Part shown: one piece after another, positions 26,001 through 40,600 of the stretch
Layout: every line of letters starts with the position of its first letter
Position numbering within the stretch: the stretch's first letter is position 1
Position numbers and translations under genes: made by a program
Source: Azolla caroliniana
Lineage: Eukaryota; Plantae; Polypodiophyta
DNA: 64,000 nucleotides
NCBI GenBank assembly: GCA_043228905.1
Contig: JBHGNT010000033.1
Location: 124,001 to 188,000 of the forward strand
Direction: 5' to 3'
The notes under the pieces: generated by a model
The model's database searches: none
The model's input: only the letters and a program-made list of their open reading frames with translations
Told to the model about the DNA's origin: nothing

Positions 26001-28415
26001 AATCAAGATTTTGAAACTCAGGTCGAGAGACATGAAGAAATTAACCAATTTGAGGAGGTACTTGAGAAGAGCCCGTGAGTCAATTATAATGTTCATACCT
26101 GGCTCGTGTGATATCGGATTTTTGTGTTCAAACATGCGTATGGAAGCTAACAACGCTAGCTATGATATAGAATTAAAAAATCGAGATTTTGAAACTCAGG
26201 TCGAGAGACATGAAGAAATTAGCAAATTTGAGGAGGGACTTGAGAAGAGCGCGTGAGTCAATTAAAATGTTCATACCTGGCTCGTGTGATATCGCATTTT
26301 CGTGTTCAAACATGCGTATCGAAGCTTAGAACGCTAGCTATGATATCGAATTAAAAAATCGAGATTTTGAAACACAGGTCGAGAGATATGAAGAAATTAG
26401 CAAATTTGAGGAGGGACTTGAGAAGAGCGCGTGAGTCAATTATAATGTTCATACCTGGCTCGTGTGATATCGGATTTTTGTGTTTAAACATGCGTATGGA
26501 AGCTAACAACGCTAGCTATGTTATGGAATTAAAAAATCAAGATTTCGAAATTTAGGTCCAGAGACATGAAGAAATTAGCAAATTTGAGGAGGGACTTAAG
26601 AAGAGCCCTTGAGTCAATTAAAATCGTCATACCTAGCTCGTGTGATATCGAATTTTTGTGTTCAGACATGCGTATCGAAGCTAACAACGCTAGCTATGAT
26701 ATTGAATTAAAAAATCAAGATTTTGATACTCAGGTCTAGAGACATGAAAAAATTAACAAATTTGAGGAGGGACTGAAGAAGAGCCCGTGAGTCAATTAAA
26801 ATGTTCATAGCTAAGAAGAGCCCGTATCGAGGCTAACAACGCTAGCTATGATATGGAATTTAAAAAACAAGTTTTTGGAACTCAGGTCGAGAGACATGAA
26901 GAAATTAGCAAATTTGAGGAGGTACTTGAGAAGAGCCCGTGAGTCAATTATAATGTTCATACCTGGCTCGTGTGATATCGGATTTTTGTGTTCAAACATG
27001 AGTATGGAAGCTAACAACGCTAGTTATGATATAGAATTAAAAAATCGAGATTTTGAAACACAGGTCGAGAGACATGAAGAAATTAGCAAATTTGAGGAGG
27101 GACTTTAGAAGAGCCCGTGACTAAATTAAAATGTTGATACCTGGCTCGTGTGCTATCGGATTTTTGTGTTCAAACATGCGTATCCAAGCTAACAATGCTA
27201 GCCATGATATGGAATTAAAAAATCGAGATTTTGAAACTCAGGTCGAGAGACATGAAGAAATTAGCAAATTTGAGGAGGTAGTGGAGAAGAGCCCGTGAGT
27301 CAATTATAATGTTCATACCTGGCTCGTGTGATATCAGATTTTTGTGTTCAAACATGCGTATCGAACCTAACAACGCTAGCTATGATATAGAATTAAAAAA
27401 TCGAGATTTTGAAACTCAGGTCGAGAGACATGAAGAAATTAGCAAATTTGAGGAGGGACTTGAGAAGAGCTCGTGAGTCAATTATAATGTTCATACCTGG
27501 CTCGTGTGCTATAGGATTTTTGTGTTCAAACATGCGTATCGAAGCTAACAATGCTAGCTATGATATGGAATTAAAATATAAAGATTTTGAAAAATCAGGT
27601 CGACAGACATGAAGAAATTAGCATATTTGAGGAGGTAGTGGAGAAGAGCCCGTTAGGAAATAAAAATGTTCATACCTGGCTCGTGTGATATCGGATTTTT
27701 GTGTTCAAACATGCGTATCGAAGCTAACAACGCTAGCTATGATAAGGAATTAAAATATAAAGAAATCAGGTCGAGAGACATGAAGAAATTAGCAAATTTG
27801 AGGAGGTACTTGAGAAGAGCTCGTGAGTCAATTATAATGTTCATACCTGGCTCGTGTGCTATCGGATTTTTGTGTTCAAACATGCGTATGGAAGCTCACA
27901 ACGGTAGCTATGATATAGAATTAAAAAATCGAGATTTTGAAACTCAGGTCGAGAGACATGAAGAAATTAGCAAATTTTAGGAGGTAATTGAGAAGAGCCC
28001 GTGAGTCAATTCTAATGTTCATACCTGGCTCGTGTGATATCGGATTTTTGTGTTCAAACATGCGTATCGAAGCAAACAACGCTAGCTATGATATAGAATT
28101 AAAAAATCAAGATTTTGAAACTCAGGTCCAGAGACATGAAGAAATTAGCAAATTTGAGGAGGGATTTTAGAAGAGCCCGTGACTAAATTAAAATGTTCAT
28201 ACCCGGTTCGTGTGATATCGGATTTTTGTGTTCAAACATGAGTACTGAAGCTAACAACGCTAGCTATGATATAGAATTAAAAAATCGAGATTTTGAAACT
28301 CAGGTCGAGAGACATGAAGAAATTAGCAAATTTGAGGAGGGACTTTAGAAGAGCGCGTGAGTAAATTAAAATGTTCATACCTGGCTCGTGTGATATCGGA
28401 TTTTTGTGTTCAAAC
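23095..28415. repeat. 15-monomer tandem duplication, period 2638 bp, 2 copies
   Basis: Matching ORFs lie at 23259/25897, 23729/26367, 24210/26848 and 25350/27988. Arithmetic: 15x178 -26 -7 +1 = 2638. Confidence 0.93.
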
Positions 28416-30519
28416 ATGAGTACTGAAGCTAACAACGCTAGCTATGATATAGAATTAAAAAATCGAGATTTTGAAACTCAGGTCGAGAGACATGAAGAAA
28501 TTAGCAAATTTGAGGAAGGACTTTAGAAGAGCGCGTGAGTAAATTAAAATGTTCATACCTGGCTTGTGTGATATCGGATTTTTGTGTTCAAACATGCGTA
28601 TCGAAGCTAACAACGCTAGCTATGATATAGAATTAAAAAATCGAGATTTTGAAACTCAGATCGAGAGACATGAAGAAATTAGCAAATTTGAGGAGGTACT
28701 TGAGAAGAGCCCGTGAGTGAATTATAATGTTCATACCTGGCCGTTGTGATATCGGATATTTGTGTTCAAACATGAGTACTGAAGCTAACAACGCTAGCTA
28801 TGATATAGAATTAAAAAATCGAGATTTTAAAACTCAGGTCGAAAGACATGAAGAAATTAGCAAATATGAGGAGGTACTTGAGAAGAGCTCGTGAGTCAAT
28901 TATAATGTTCATACCTGGCTCGTGTGCTATCGGATTTTTGTGTTCAAACATGCATATCGAAGCTAACAACGCTAGCTATGATATAGAATTAAAAAATCGA
29001 GATTTTGAAACTCAGGTCGAGAGACATGAAGAAATTAGCAAATTTGAGGAGGTACTTGAGAAGAGCTCGTGAGTCAATTATAATGTTCATACCTGGCTCG
29101 TGTGCTATCGGATTTTTGTGTTCAAACATGCGTATGGAAGCTCACAACGGTAGCTATGATATAGAATTAAAAAATCGAGATTTTGAAACTCAGGTCGAGA
29201 GACATGAAGAAATTAGCAAATTTTAGGAGGTAATTGAGAAGAGCCCGTGAGTCAATTCTAATGTTCATACCTGGCTCGTGTGATATCGGATTTTTGTGTT
29301 CAAACATGCGTATCGAAGCAAACAACGCTAGCTACGATATAGAATTAAAAAATCAGGTCGAGAGACATGAAGAAATTAGCAAATTTGAGGAGGGATTTTA
29401 GAAGAGCCCGTGACTAAATTAAAAAGTTCATACCCGGCTCGTGTGATATCGGATTTTTGTGTTCAAACATGAGTACTGAAGCTAACAACGCTAGCTATGA
29501 TATAGAATTAAAAAATCGAGATTTTGAAACTCAGGTCGAGAGACATGAAGAAATTAGCAAATTTGAGGAGGGACTTTAGAAGAGCGCGTGAGTAAATTAA
29601 AATGTTCATACCTGGCTCGTGTGATATCGGATTTTTGTGTTCAAACATGAGTACTGAAGCTAACAACGCTAGCTATGATATAGAATTAAAAAATCATGAT
29701 TTTGAAACTCAGGTCGAGAGACATGAAGAAATTAGCAAATTTGAGGAGGGACTTTAGATGAGCGCGTGAGTAAATTAAAATGTTCATACCTGGCTCGTGT
29801 GATATCGGATTTTTGTGTTCAAATATGAGTATGGAAGCTAACAACGCTAGTTATGATATAGAATTAAAAAATCGAGATTTTGAAACACAGGTCGAGAGAC
29901 ATGAAGAAATTAGCAAATTTGAGGAGGGACTTTAGAAGAGCCCGTGACTAAATTAAAATGTTGATACCTGGCTCGTGTGCTATCGGATTTTTGTGTTCAA
30001 ACATGCGTATCCAAGCTAACAATGCTAGCCATGATATGGAATTAAAAAATCGAGATTTTGAAACTCAGGTCGAGAGACATGAAGAAATTAGCAAATTTGA
30101 GGAGGTAGTGGAGAAGAGCCCGTGAGTCAATTATAATGTTCATACCTGGCTCGTGTGATATCAGATTTTTGTGTTCAAACATGCGTATCGAAGCTAACAA
30201 CGCTAGCTATGATATAGAATTAAAAAATCGAGATTTTGAAACTCAGGTCGAGAGACATGAAGGAATTAGCAAATTTGAGGAGGGACTTGAGAAGAGCTCG
30301 TGAGTCAATTATAATGTTCATACCTGGCTCGTGTGCTATAGGATTTTTGTGTTCAAACATGCGTATCGAAGCTAACAACGCTAGCTATGATATGGAATTA
30401 AAATATAAAGATTTTGAAAAATCAGGTCGACAGACATGAAGAAATTAGCATATTTGAGGAGGTAGTGGAGAAGAGCCCGTTAGGAAATAAAAATGTTCAT
30501 ACCTGGCTCGTGTGATATC

Positions 30520-33340
30520 GGATTTTTTTGTTCAAACATGCGTATCGAAGCTAACAACGCTAGCTATGATATACAATTAAAAAATCAAGTTTTTGAAACT
30601 CAGGTCGAGAGACATGAAGAAATTAGCAAATTTGAGGGGGTCCTTGAGAAGAGCTCGTGACTCAATTATAATGTTCATACCTGGCTTTTGTGCTATAGGA
30701 TTTTTGTGTTCAAACATGCGTATCGAAGCTCACAACGCTAGCTATGATATAGAATTAAAAAATCGAGATTTTGTAACTGAGGTCGAGAGACATGAAGAAA
30801 TTAGCAAACTTGAGGAGGTACTTGAGAAGAGCCCGTGAGTCAATTATAATGTTCATACTTGGCTCGTGTGATATCGGATTTTTGTGTTCAAACATGCGTA
30901 TCGAAGCTAACAACGCTACTTATGATATAGAATTAAAAAATCTAGATTTTGAAACACAGGTCGAGAGACATGAAGAAATTAGCAAATTTGAGGAGGGGCT
31001 TTAGAAGAGCCCTTGAATAAATTAAAATGTTGATACCTGGCTCGTGTGCTATCGGATTTTTGTGTTCAAACATGCGTATCCAAGCTAACAACGCTAGCTA
31101 TGATATGGAATTAAAAAATCGAGATTTTGAAACTCAGGTCGAGAGACATGAAGAAATTAGCAAATTTGAGGAGACATGAAGAAATTAGCAAATTTGAGGA
31201 GGTACTTGAGAAGAGCCCGTGAGTGAATTATAATGTTCATACCTGGCTCGTGTGATTTCGGATTTTTGTGTTCAAACATGAGTACTGAAGCTAACAATGC
31301 TAGCTATGATATAGAATTAAAAAATCGAGATTTTGAAACTCAGGTCGAGAGACATGAAGAAATTAGCAAATTTGAGGAGGTACTTGAGAAGAGCTCGTGA
31401 GTCAATTATAATGTTCATACTTGCCTCGTGTGATATCGGATTTTTGTGTTCAAATATGCGTATCGAAGCTAACAACGCTAGCGATGATATAGAATTAAAA
31501 AATCAAGTTTTTGAAACTCAGGTCGAGAGACATGAAGAAATTAGCAAATTTGAGGAGGTATGAAGAAATTAGCAAATTTGAGGAGGTATCCAAGCTAACA
31601 ACGCAAGCTATGATATGGAATTAAAAAATCGAGATTTTGAAACTCAGGTCGAGAGACATGAAGAAATTAGCAAATTTGAGGAGACATGAAGAAATTAGCA
31701 AATTTGAGGAGGTACTTGAGAAGAGCCCGTGAGTGAATTATAATGTTCATACCTGGCTCGTGTGATATCAGATTTTTGTGTTCAAACATGAGTACTGAAG
31801 CTAACAATGCTAGATATGATATAGAATTAAAAAATCGAGATTTTGAAACTCAGGTCGAGAGACATGAAGAAATTAGCAAATTTGAGGAGGTACTTGAGAA
31901 GAGCCCGTGAGTGAATTATAATGTTCATACCTGGCCGTTGTGATATCGGATTTTTGTGTTCAAACATGAGTACTAAAGCTAACAACGCTAGCTATGATAT
32001 AGAATTAATAAAATCGAGATTTTAAAACTCAGGTCGAAAGACATGAAGAAATTAGCAAATTTGAGGAGGGCCTTTAGAAGAGCCCGTGACTAAATTAAAA
32101 TGTTGATACCTGGCTCGTGTGCTATCGGATTTTTGTGTTCAAACATGCGTATCCAAGCTAACAACGCTAGCTATGATATGGAATTAAAAAATCAAGTTTT
32201 TGAAACTCAGGTCGAGAGACATGAAGAAATTAGCAAATTTGAGGAGGTCCTTGAGAAGAGCTCGTGACGCAATTATAATGTCCATACTTGGCTTTTGTGC
32301 TATCGGATTTTTGTGTTCAAACATGCGTATCGAAGCACACCACGCTAGCTATGATATAGAATTAAAAAATCGAGATTTTGAAACTCAGGTGGAGAGACAT
32401 GAAGAAATTAGCAAACTTGAGGAGGTACTTGAGAAGAGCCCGTGAGTCAATTATAATGTTCATACCTGGCTCGTGTGATATCGGATTTTTTTGTTCAAAC
32501 ATGCGTATGGAAGCTAACAACGCTAGCTATGATATACAATTAAAAAATCAAGTTTTTGAAACTCAGGTCGAGAGACATGAAGAAATTAGCAAATTTGAGG
32601 AGGTCCTTGAGAAGAGCTCGTGACTCAATTATAATGTTCATACCTGGCTTTTGTGCTATAGGATTTTTGTGTTCAAACATGCGTATCGAAGCTCACAACG
32701 CTAGCTATGATATAGAATTAAAAAATCGAGATTTTGTAACTGAGGTCGAGAGACATGAAGAAATTAGCAAACTTGAGGAGGTACTTGAGAAGAGCCCGTG
32801 AGTCAATTATAATGTTCATACTTGGCTCGTGTGATATCGGATTTTTGTGTTCAAACATGCGTATCGAAGCTAACAACGCTAGTTATGATATAGAATTAAA
32901 AAATCTAGATTTTGAAACACAGGTCGAGAGATATGAAGAAATTAGCAAATTTGAGGAGGGGCTTTAGAAGAGCCCTTGAATAAATTAAAATGTTGATACC
33001 TGGCTCGTGTGCTATCGGATTTTTGTGTTCAAACATGCGTATCCAAGCTAACAACGCTAGCTATGATATGGAATTAAAAAATCGAGATTTTGAAACTCAG
33101 GTCGAGAGACATGAAGAAATTAGCAAATTTGAGGAGACATGAAGAAATTAGCAAATTTGAGGAGGTACTTGAGAAGAGCCCGTGAGTGAATTATAATGTT
33201 CATACCTGGCTCGTGTGATTTCGGATTTTTGTGTTCAAACATGAGTACTGAAGCTAACAATGCTAGCTATGATATAGAATTAAAAAATCGAGATTTTGAA
33301 ACTCAGGTCGAGAGACATGAAGAAATTAGCAAATTTGAGG
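30520..33340. repeat. 11-monomer HOR, period 1963 bp
   Basis: Matching ORFs lie at 30593/32556 and 30792/32755. Arithmetic: 11x178 +28 +28 -52 +1 = 1963. Confidence 0.85.
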
Positions 33341-36300
33341 AGGTACTTGAGAAGAGCCCGTGAGTGAATTATAATGTTCATACCTGGCCGTTGTGATATC
33401 AGATTTTTGTGTTCAAACATGAGTACTGAAGCTAACAACGCTAGCTATGATATAGAATTAAAAACTCGAGAGTTTAAAACTCAGGTCGAAAGACATGAAG
33501 AAATTAGCAAATATGAGGAGGTACTTGAGAAGAGCTCGTGAGTCAATTATAATGTTCCTACCTGGGTCGTGTGCTATCGGATTTTTGTGTTCAAACATGC
33601 ATATCGAAGCTAAAAACGCTAGCTATGATATAGAATTAAAAAATCGAGATTTTGAAACTCAGGTCGAGAGACATGAAGAAATTAGCAAATTTGAGGAGGT
33701 ACTTGAGAAGAGCTCGTGACTCAATTATAATGTTCATACCTGGCTCGTGTGATATCGGATTTTTGTGTTCAAACATGAGTATGGAAGCTAACAACGCTAG
33801 CTATGATATAGAATTAAAAAATCGAGATTTTGAAACTCAGGTCGAGAGACATGAAGAAATTAGCAAATTTGAGGAGGGACTTTAGAAGAGCCTGTGACTA
33901 AATTAAAATGTTGATACCTGGCTCGTGTGCTATCGGATTTTTGTGTTCAAACATGCGTATCCAAGCTAACAACGCTAGCTATGATATGGAATTAAAAAAT
34001 CAAGTTTTTGAAACTCAGGTCGAGAGACATGAAGAAATTAGCAAATTTGAGGAGGTCCTTGAGAAGAGCTCGTGACTCAATTATAATGTTCATACCTGGC
34101 TTTTGTGCTATCGGATTTTTGTGTTCAAACATGCGTATCGAAGCTCACAACGCTAGCTATGATATAGAATTAAAAAATCGAGATTTTGAAACTCAGGTGG
34201 AGAGACATGAAGAAATTAGCAAACTTGAGGAGGTACTTGAGAAGAGCCCGTGAGTCAATTATAATGTTCATACCTGGCTCGTGTGATATCGGATTTTTGT
34301 GTTCAAACATGCGTATCGAAGCTAACAACGCTAGCTATGATATAGAATTAAAAAAACAAGTTTTTGAAACTCAGGTCGAGAGACATGAAGAAATTAGCAA
34401 ATATGAGGAGGTACTTGAGAAGAGCTCGTGAGTCAATTATAATGTTCATACCTGGCTTTTGTTCTATCGGATTTTTGTGTTCAAACATGCATATCGAAGC
34501 TCACAACGCTAGCTATGATATAGAATTAAAAAATCGAGATTTTGAAACTCAGGTCGAGAGACATGAAGAAATTAGAAAACTTGAGGAGGTACTTGAGAAG
34601 AGCCCGTGAGTCAATTATAATGTTCATACTTGGCACGTGTGATATCGGATTTTTGTGTTCAAATATGCGTATCGAAGCTAACAACGCTAGCGATGATATA
34701 GAATTAAAAAATCAAGTTTTTGAAACTCAGGTCGAGAGACATGAAGAAATTAGCAAATTTGAGGAGGTATGAAGAAATTAGCAAATTTGAGGAGGTATCC
34801 AAGCTAACAACGCTAGCTATGATATGGAATTAAAAAATCGAGATTTTGAAATTCAGGTCGAGAGACATGAAGAAATTAGCAAATTTGAGGAGACATGAAG
34901 AAATTAGCAAATTTGAGGAGGTACTTGACAAGAGCCCGTGAGTGAATTATAATGTTCATACCTGGCTCGTGTGATATCAGATTTTTGTGTTCAAACATGA
35001 GTACTGAAGCTAACAATGCTAAATATGATATAGAATTAAAAAATCGAGATTTTGAAACTCAGGTCGAGAGACATGAAGAAATTAGCAAATTTGAGGAGGT
35101 ACTTGAGAAGAGCCCGTGAGTGAATTATAATGTTCATACCTGGCCGTTGTGATATCGGATTTTTGTGTTCAAACATGAGTACTGAAGCTAACAACGCTAG
35201 CTATGATATAGAATTAAAAAATCGAGATTTTAAAACTCAGGTCGAAAGACATGAAGAAATTAGCAAATATGAGGAGGTACTTGAGAAGAGCTCGTGAGGC
35301 AATTATAATGTTCATACCTGGCTCGTGTGCTATCGGATTTTTGTGTTCAAACATGCATATCGAAGCTAACAACGCTAGCTATGATATAGAATTAAAAAAT
35401 CGAGATTTTGAAACTCAGGTCGAGAGACATGAAGAAATTAGCAAATTTGAGGAGGTACTTGAGAAGAGCTCGTGACTCAATTATAATGTTCATACCTGGC
35501 TCGTGTGATATCGGATTTTTGTGTTCAAACATGAGTATGGAAGCTAACAACGCTAGCTATGATATAGAATTAAAAAATCGAGATTTTGAAACTCAGGTCG
35601 AGAGACATGAAGAAATTAGCAAATTTGAGGAGGGACTTTAGAAGAGCCTGTGACTAAATTAAAATGTTGATACCTGGCTCGTGTGCTATCGGATTTTTGT
35701 GGTCAAACATGCGTATCCAAGCTAACAACGCTAGCTATGATATGGAATTAAAAAATCAAGTTTTTGAAACTCAGGTCGAGAGACATGAAGAAATTAGCAA
35801 ATTTGAGGAGGTCCTTGAGAAGAGCTCGTGACTCAATTATAATGTTCATACCTGGCTTTTGTGCTATCGGATTTTTGTGTTCAAACATGCGTATCGAAGC
35901 TCACAACGCTAGCTATGATATAGAATTAAAAAATCGAGATTTTGAAACTCAGGTGGAGAGACATGAAGAAATTAGCAAACTTGAGGAGGTACTTGAGAAG
36001 AGCCCGTGAGTCAATTATAATGTTCATACCTGGCTCGTGTGATATCGGATTTTTGTGTTCAAACATGCGTATCGAAGCTAACAACGCTAGCTATGATATA
36101 GAATTAAGAAAACAAGTTTTTGAAACTCAGGTCGAGAGACATGAAGAAATTAGCAAATTTGAGGAGGTCCTTGAGAAGAGCTCGTGAGTCAATTATAATG
36201 TTCATACCTGGCTTTTGTTCTATCGGATTTTTGTGTTCAAACATGCATATCGAAGCTCACAACGCTAGCTATGATATAGAATTAAAAAATCGAGATTTTG

Positions 36301-37240
36301 AAACTTAGGTCGAGAGACATGAAGAAATTAGAAAACTTGAGGAGGTACTTGAGAAGAGCCCGTGAGTCAATTATAATGTTCATACTTGGCTCGTGTGATA
36401 TCGGATTTTTGTGTTCAAATATGCGTATCGAAGCTAACAACGCTAGCGATGATATAGAATTAAAAAATCAAGTTTTTGAAACTCAGGTCGAGAGACATGA
36501 AGAAATTAGCAAATTTGAGGAGGTATGAAGAAATTAGCAAATTTGAGGAGGTATCCAAGCTAACAACGCTAGCTATGATATGGAATTAAAAAATCGAGAT
36601 TTTGAAATTCAGGTCGAGAGACATGAAGAAATTAGCAAATTTGAGGAGACATGAAGAAATTAGCAAATTTGAGGAGGTACTTGAGAAGAGCCCGTGAGTG
36701 AATTATAATGTTCATACCTGGCTCGTGTGATATCAGATTTTTGTGTTCAAACATGAGTACTGAAGCTAACAATGCTAGATATGATATAGAATTAAAAAAT
36801 CGAGATTTTGAAACTCAGGTCGAGAGACATGAAGAAATTAGCAAATTTGAGGAGGTACTTGAGAAGAGCCCGTGAGTGAATTATAATGTTCATACCTGGC
36901 CGTTGTGATATCGGATTTTTGTGTTCAAACATGAGTACTGAAGCTAACAACGCTAGCTATGATATAGAATTAAAAAATCGAGATTTTAAAACTCAGGTCG
37001 AAAGACATGAAGAAATTAGCAAATATGAGGAGGTACTTGAGAAGAGCTCGTGAGTCAATTATAATGTTCATACCTGGCTCGTGTGCTATCGGATTTTTGT
37101 GTTCAAACATGCATATCGAAGCTAACAACGCTAGCTATGATATAGAATTAAAAAATCGAGATTTTGAAACTCAGGTCGAGAGACATGAAGAAATTAGCAA
37201 ATTTGAGGAGGTACTTGAGAAGAGCTCGTGAGTCAATTAT
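33110..37240. repeat. 10-monomer HOR, period 1756 bp, about 2.3 copies
   Basis: Matching ORFs lie at 33495/35251/37007, 34008/35764 and 34542/36298. Arithmetic: 10x178 -52 +28 = 1756. Confidence 0.9.
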
Positions 37241-37809
37241 AATGTTCATACTTGCCTCGTGTGATATCGGATTTTTGTGTTCAAATATGAGTATCGAAGC
37301 TAACAACGCTAGCGATGATATAGAATTAAAAAATCAAGTTTTTGAAACTCAGGTCGAGAGACATGAAGAAATTAGCAAATTTGAGGAGGTATGAAGAAAT
37401 TAGCAAATTTGAGGAGGTATCCAAGCTAACAACGCTAGCTATGATATGGAATTAAAAAATCAAGATTTTGAAACTCAGGTCGAGAGACATGAAGAAATTA
37501 GCAAATTTGAGGAGACATGAAGAAATTAGCAAATTTGAGGAGGTACTTGAGAAGAGCCCGTGAGTGAATTATAATGTTCATACCTGGCTCGTGTGATATC
37601 AGATTTTTGTGTTCAAACATGAGTACTGAAGCTAACAATGCTAGATATGATATAGAATTAAAAAATCGAGATTTTGAAACTCAGGTCGAGAGACATGAAG
37701 AAATTAGCAAATTTGAGGAGGTACTTGAGAAGAGCCCGTGAGTGAATTATAATGTTCATACCTGGCCGTTGTGATATCGGATTTTTGTGTTCAAACATGA
37801 GTACTGAAG

Positions 37810-40600
37810 CTAACAACGCTAGCTATGATATAGAATTAAAAAATCGAGATTTTGAAACTCAGGTCGAGAGACATGAAGAAATTAGCAAATTTGAGGAGGG
37901 AGTTTAGAAGAGTGCGTGAGTAAATTAAAATGTTCATACCTGGCTCGTGTGATATCGGATTTTTGTGTTCAAACATGCGTATCGAAGCAAACAACGCTAG
38001 CTATGATATAGAATTAAAAAATCAGGTCGAGAGACATGAAGAAATTAGCAAATTTGAGGAGGGATTTTAGAAGAGCCCGTGACTAAATTAAAATGTTCAT
38101 ACCCGGCTCGTGTGATATCGGATTTTTGTGTTCAAACATGAGTACTGAAGCTAACAACGCTAGCTATGATATAGAATTAAAAAATCGAGATTTTGAAACT
38201 CAGGTCGAGAGACATGAAGAAATTAGCAAATTTGAGGAGGGACTTTAGAAGAGCGCGTGAGTAAATTAAAATGTTCATACCTGGCTCGTGTGATATCGGA
38301 TTTTTGTGTTCAAACATGAGTACTGAAGCTAACAACGCTAGCTATGATATAGAATTAAAAAATCGAGATTTTGAAACTCAGGTCGAGAGACATGAAGAAA
38401 TTAGCAAATTTGAGGAGGTACTTGAGAAGAGCCCGTGAGTCAATTATAATGTTCATACCTGGCTCATGTGATATCGGATTTTTGTGTTCAAACATGAGTA
38501 TGGAAGCTCACAACGCTAGTTATGATATAGAATTAAAAAATCGAGATTTTGAAACACAGGTCGAGAGACATGAAGAAATTGGCAAATTTGAGGAGGGACT
38601 TTAGAAGAGCCCGTGACTAAATTAAAATGTTGATACCTGGCTCGTGTGCTATCGGATTTTTGTGTTCAAACATGCGTATCCAAGCTAACAACGCTAGCTA
38701 TGATATGGAATTAAAAAATCGAGATTTTGAAACTCAGGTCGAGAGACATGAAGAAATTAGCAAATTTGAGGAGACATGAAGAAATTAGCAAATTTGAGGA
38801 GGTACTTGAGAAGAGCCCGTGAGTCAATTATAATGTTCATACCTGGCTCGTGTGCTATCGGATTTTTGTGTTCAAACATGCATATCGAAGCTAACAACGC
38901 TAGCTATGATATAGAATTAAAAAATCGAGATTTTGAAACTCAGGTCGAGAGACATGAAGAAATTAGCAAATTTGAGGAGGTACTTGAGAAGAGCTCGTGA
39001 GTCAATTATAATGTTCATACCTGGCTCGTGTGCTATCGGATTTTTGTGTTCAAACATGCGTATCGAAGCTCACAACGGTAGCTATGATATAGAATTAAAA
39101 AATCGAGATTTTGAAACTCAGGTCGAGAGACATGAAGAAATTAGCAAATTTTAGGAGGTAATTGAGAAGAGCCCGTGAGTCAATTCTAATGTTCATACCT
39201 GGCTCGTGTGATATCGGATTTTTGTGTTCAAACATGCGTATCGAAGCAAACAACGCTAGCTATGATATAGAATTAAAAAATCAGGTCGAGAGACATGAAA
39301 AAATTAGCAAATTTGAGGAGGGATTTTAGAAGAGCCCGTGACTAAATTAAAAAGTTCATACCCGGCTCGTGTGATATCGGATTTTTGTGTTCAAACATGA
39401 GTAGTGAAGCTAACAACGCTAGCTATGATATAGAATTAAAAAATCGAGATTTTGAAACTCAGGTCGAGAGACATGAAGAAATTAGCAAATTTGAGGAGGG
39501 AGTTTAGAAGAGCGCGTGAGTAAATTAAAATGTTCATACCTGGCTCGTGTGATATCGGATTTTTGTGTTCAAACATGCGTATCGAAGCAAACAACGCTAG
39601 CTATGATATAGAATTAAAAAATCAGGTCGAGAGACATGAAGAAATTAGCAAATTTGAGGAGGGATTTTAGAAGAGCCCGTGACTAAATTAAAATGTTCAT
39701 ACCCGGCTCGTGTGATATCGGATTTTTGTGTTCAAACATGAGTACTGAAGCTAACAACGCTAGCTATGATATAGAATTAAAAAATCGAGATTTCGAAACT
39801 CAGGTCGAGAGACATGAAGAAATTAGCAAATTTGAGGAGGGACTTTAGAAGAGCGCGTGAGTAAATTAAAATGTTCATACCTGGCTCGTGTGATATCGGA
39901 TTTTTGTGTTCAAACATGAGTACTGAAGCTAACAACGCTAGCTATGATATGGAATTAAAAAATCGAGATTTTGAAACTCAGGTCGAGAGACATGAAGAAA
40001 TTAGCAAATTTGAGGAGACATGAAGAAATTAGCAAATATGAGGAGGTACTTGAGAAGAGCTCGTGAGTCAATTATAATGTTCATACCTGGCTCGTGTGCT
40101 ATCGGATTTTTGTGTTCAAACATGCATATCGAAGCTAACAACGCTAGCTATGATATAGATTTAAAAAATCGAGATTTTGAAACTCAGGTCGAGAGACATG
40201 AAGAAATTAGCAAATTTGAGGAGGTACTTGAGAAGAGCTCGTGAGTCAATTATAATGTTCATACTTGCCTCGTGTGATATCGGATTTTTGTGTTCAAATA
40301 TGCGTATCGAAGCTAACAACGCTAGCGATGATATAGAATTAAAAAATCAAGTTTTTGAAACTCAGGTCGAGAGACATGAAGAAATTAGCAAATTTGAGGA
40401 GGTATGAAGAAATTAGCAAATTTGAGGAGGTATCCAAGCTAACAACGCAAGCTATGATATGGAATTAAAAAATCGAGATTTTGAAACTCAGGTCGAGAGA
40501 CATGAAGAAATTAGCAAATTTGAGGAGACATGAAGAAATTAGCAAATTTGAGGAGGTACTTGAGAAGAGCCCGTGAGTGAATTATAATGTTCATACCTGG
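37810..40600. repeat. Domain-A block (copy of about 7235-10030) embedded in domain B
   Basis: There is a constant offset of 30575: 7796->38371, 8201->38776, 8358->38933, 9445->40020 and 9602->40177. The block contains three 163-bp deletion monomers. Confidence 0.88.

Larger units (their letters stand above)
1..30520. repeat. Satellite domain A (long HORs; carries 163-bp deletion monomers and the GTAGTGGAG / TATAAAGA variants)
   Basis: Diagnostic variants are AAAAAATCAGG (15-bp deletion), CATACCCGG, GTAGTGGAGAAG, CCCGTTAGGAAATAAAA and TATAAAGAAATCAGG. They are confined to this interval, except that the first two also occur in the island at about 37.8-40.6 kb. Confidence 0.85.
5140..30520. repeat. 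50-monomer (8834-bp) super-repeat; the second copy is expanded by two internal tandem duplications
   Basis: Offsets are 5681->14515 = 8834, 9602->22685 = 13083 (8834+4249) and 13127->28848 = 15721 (8834+4249+2638). 50x178 minus the net 66 bp of visible indels = 8834. Confidence 0.85.
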
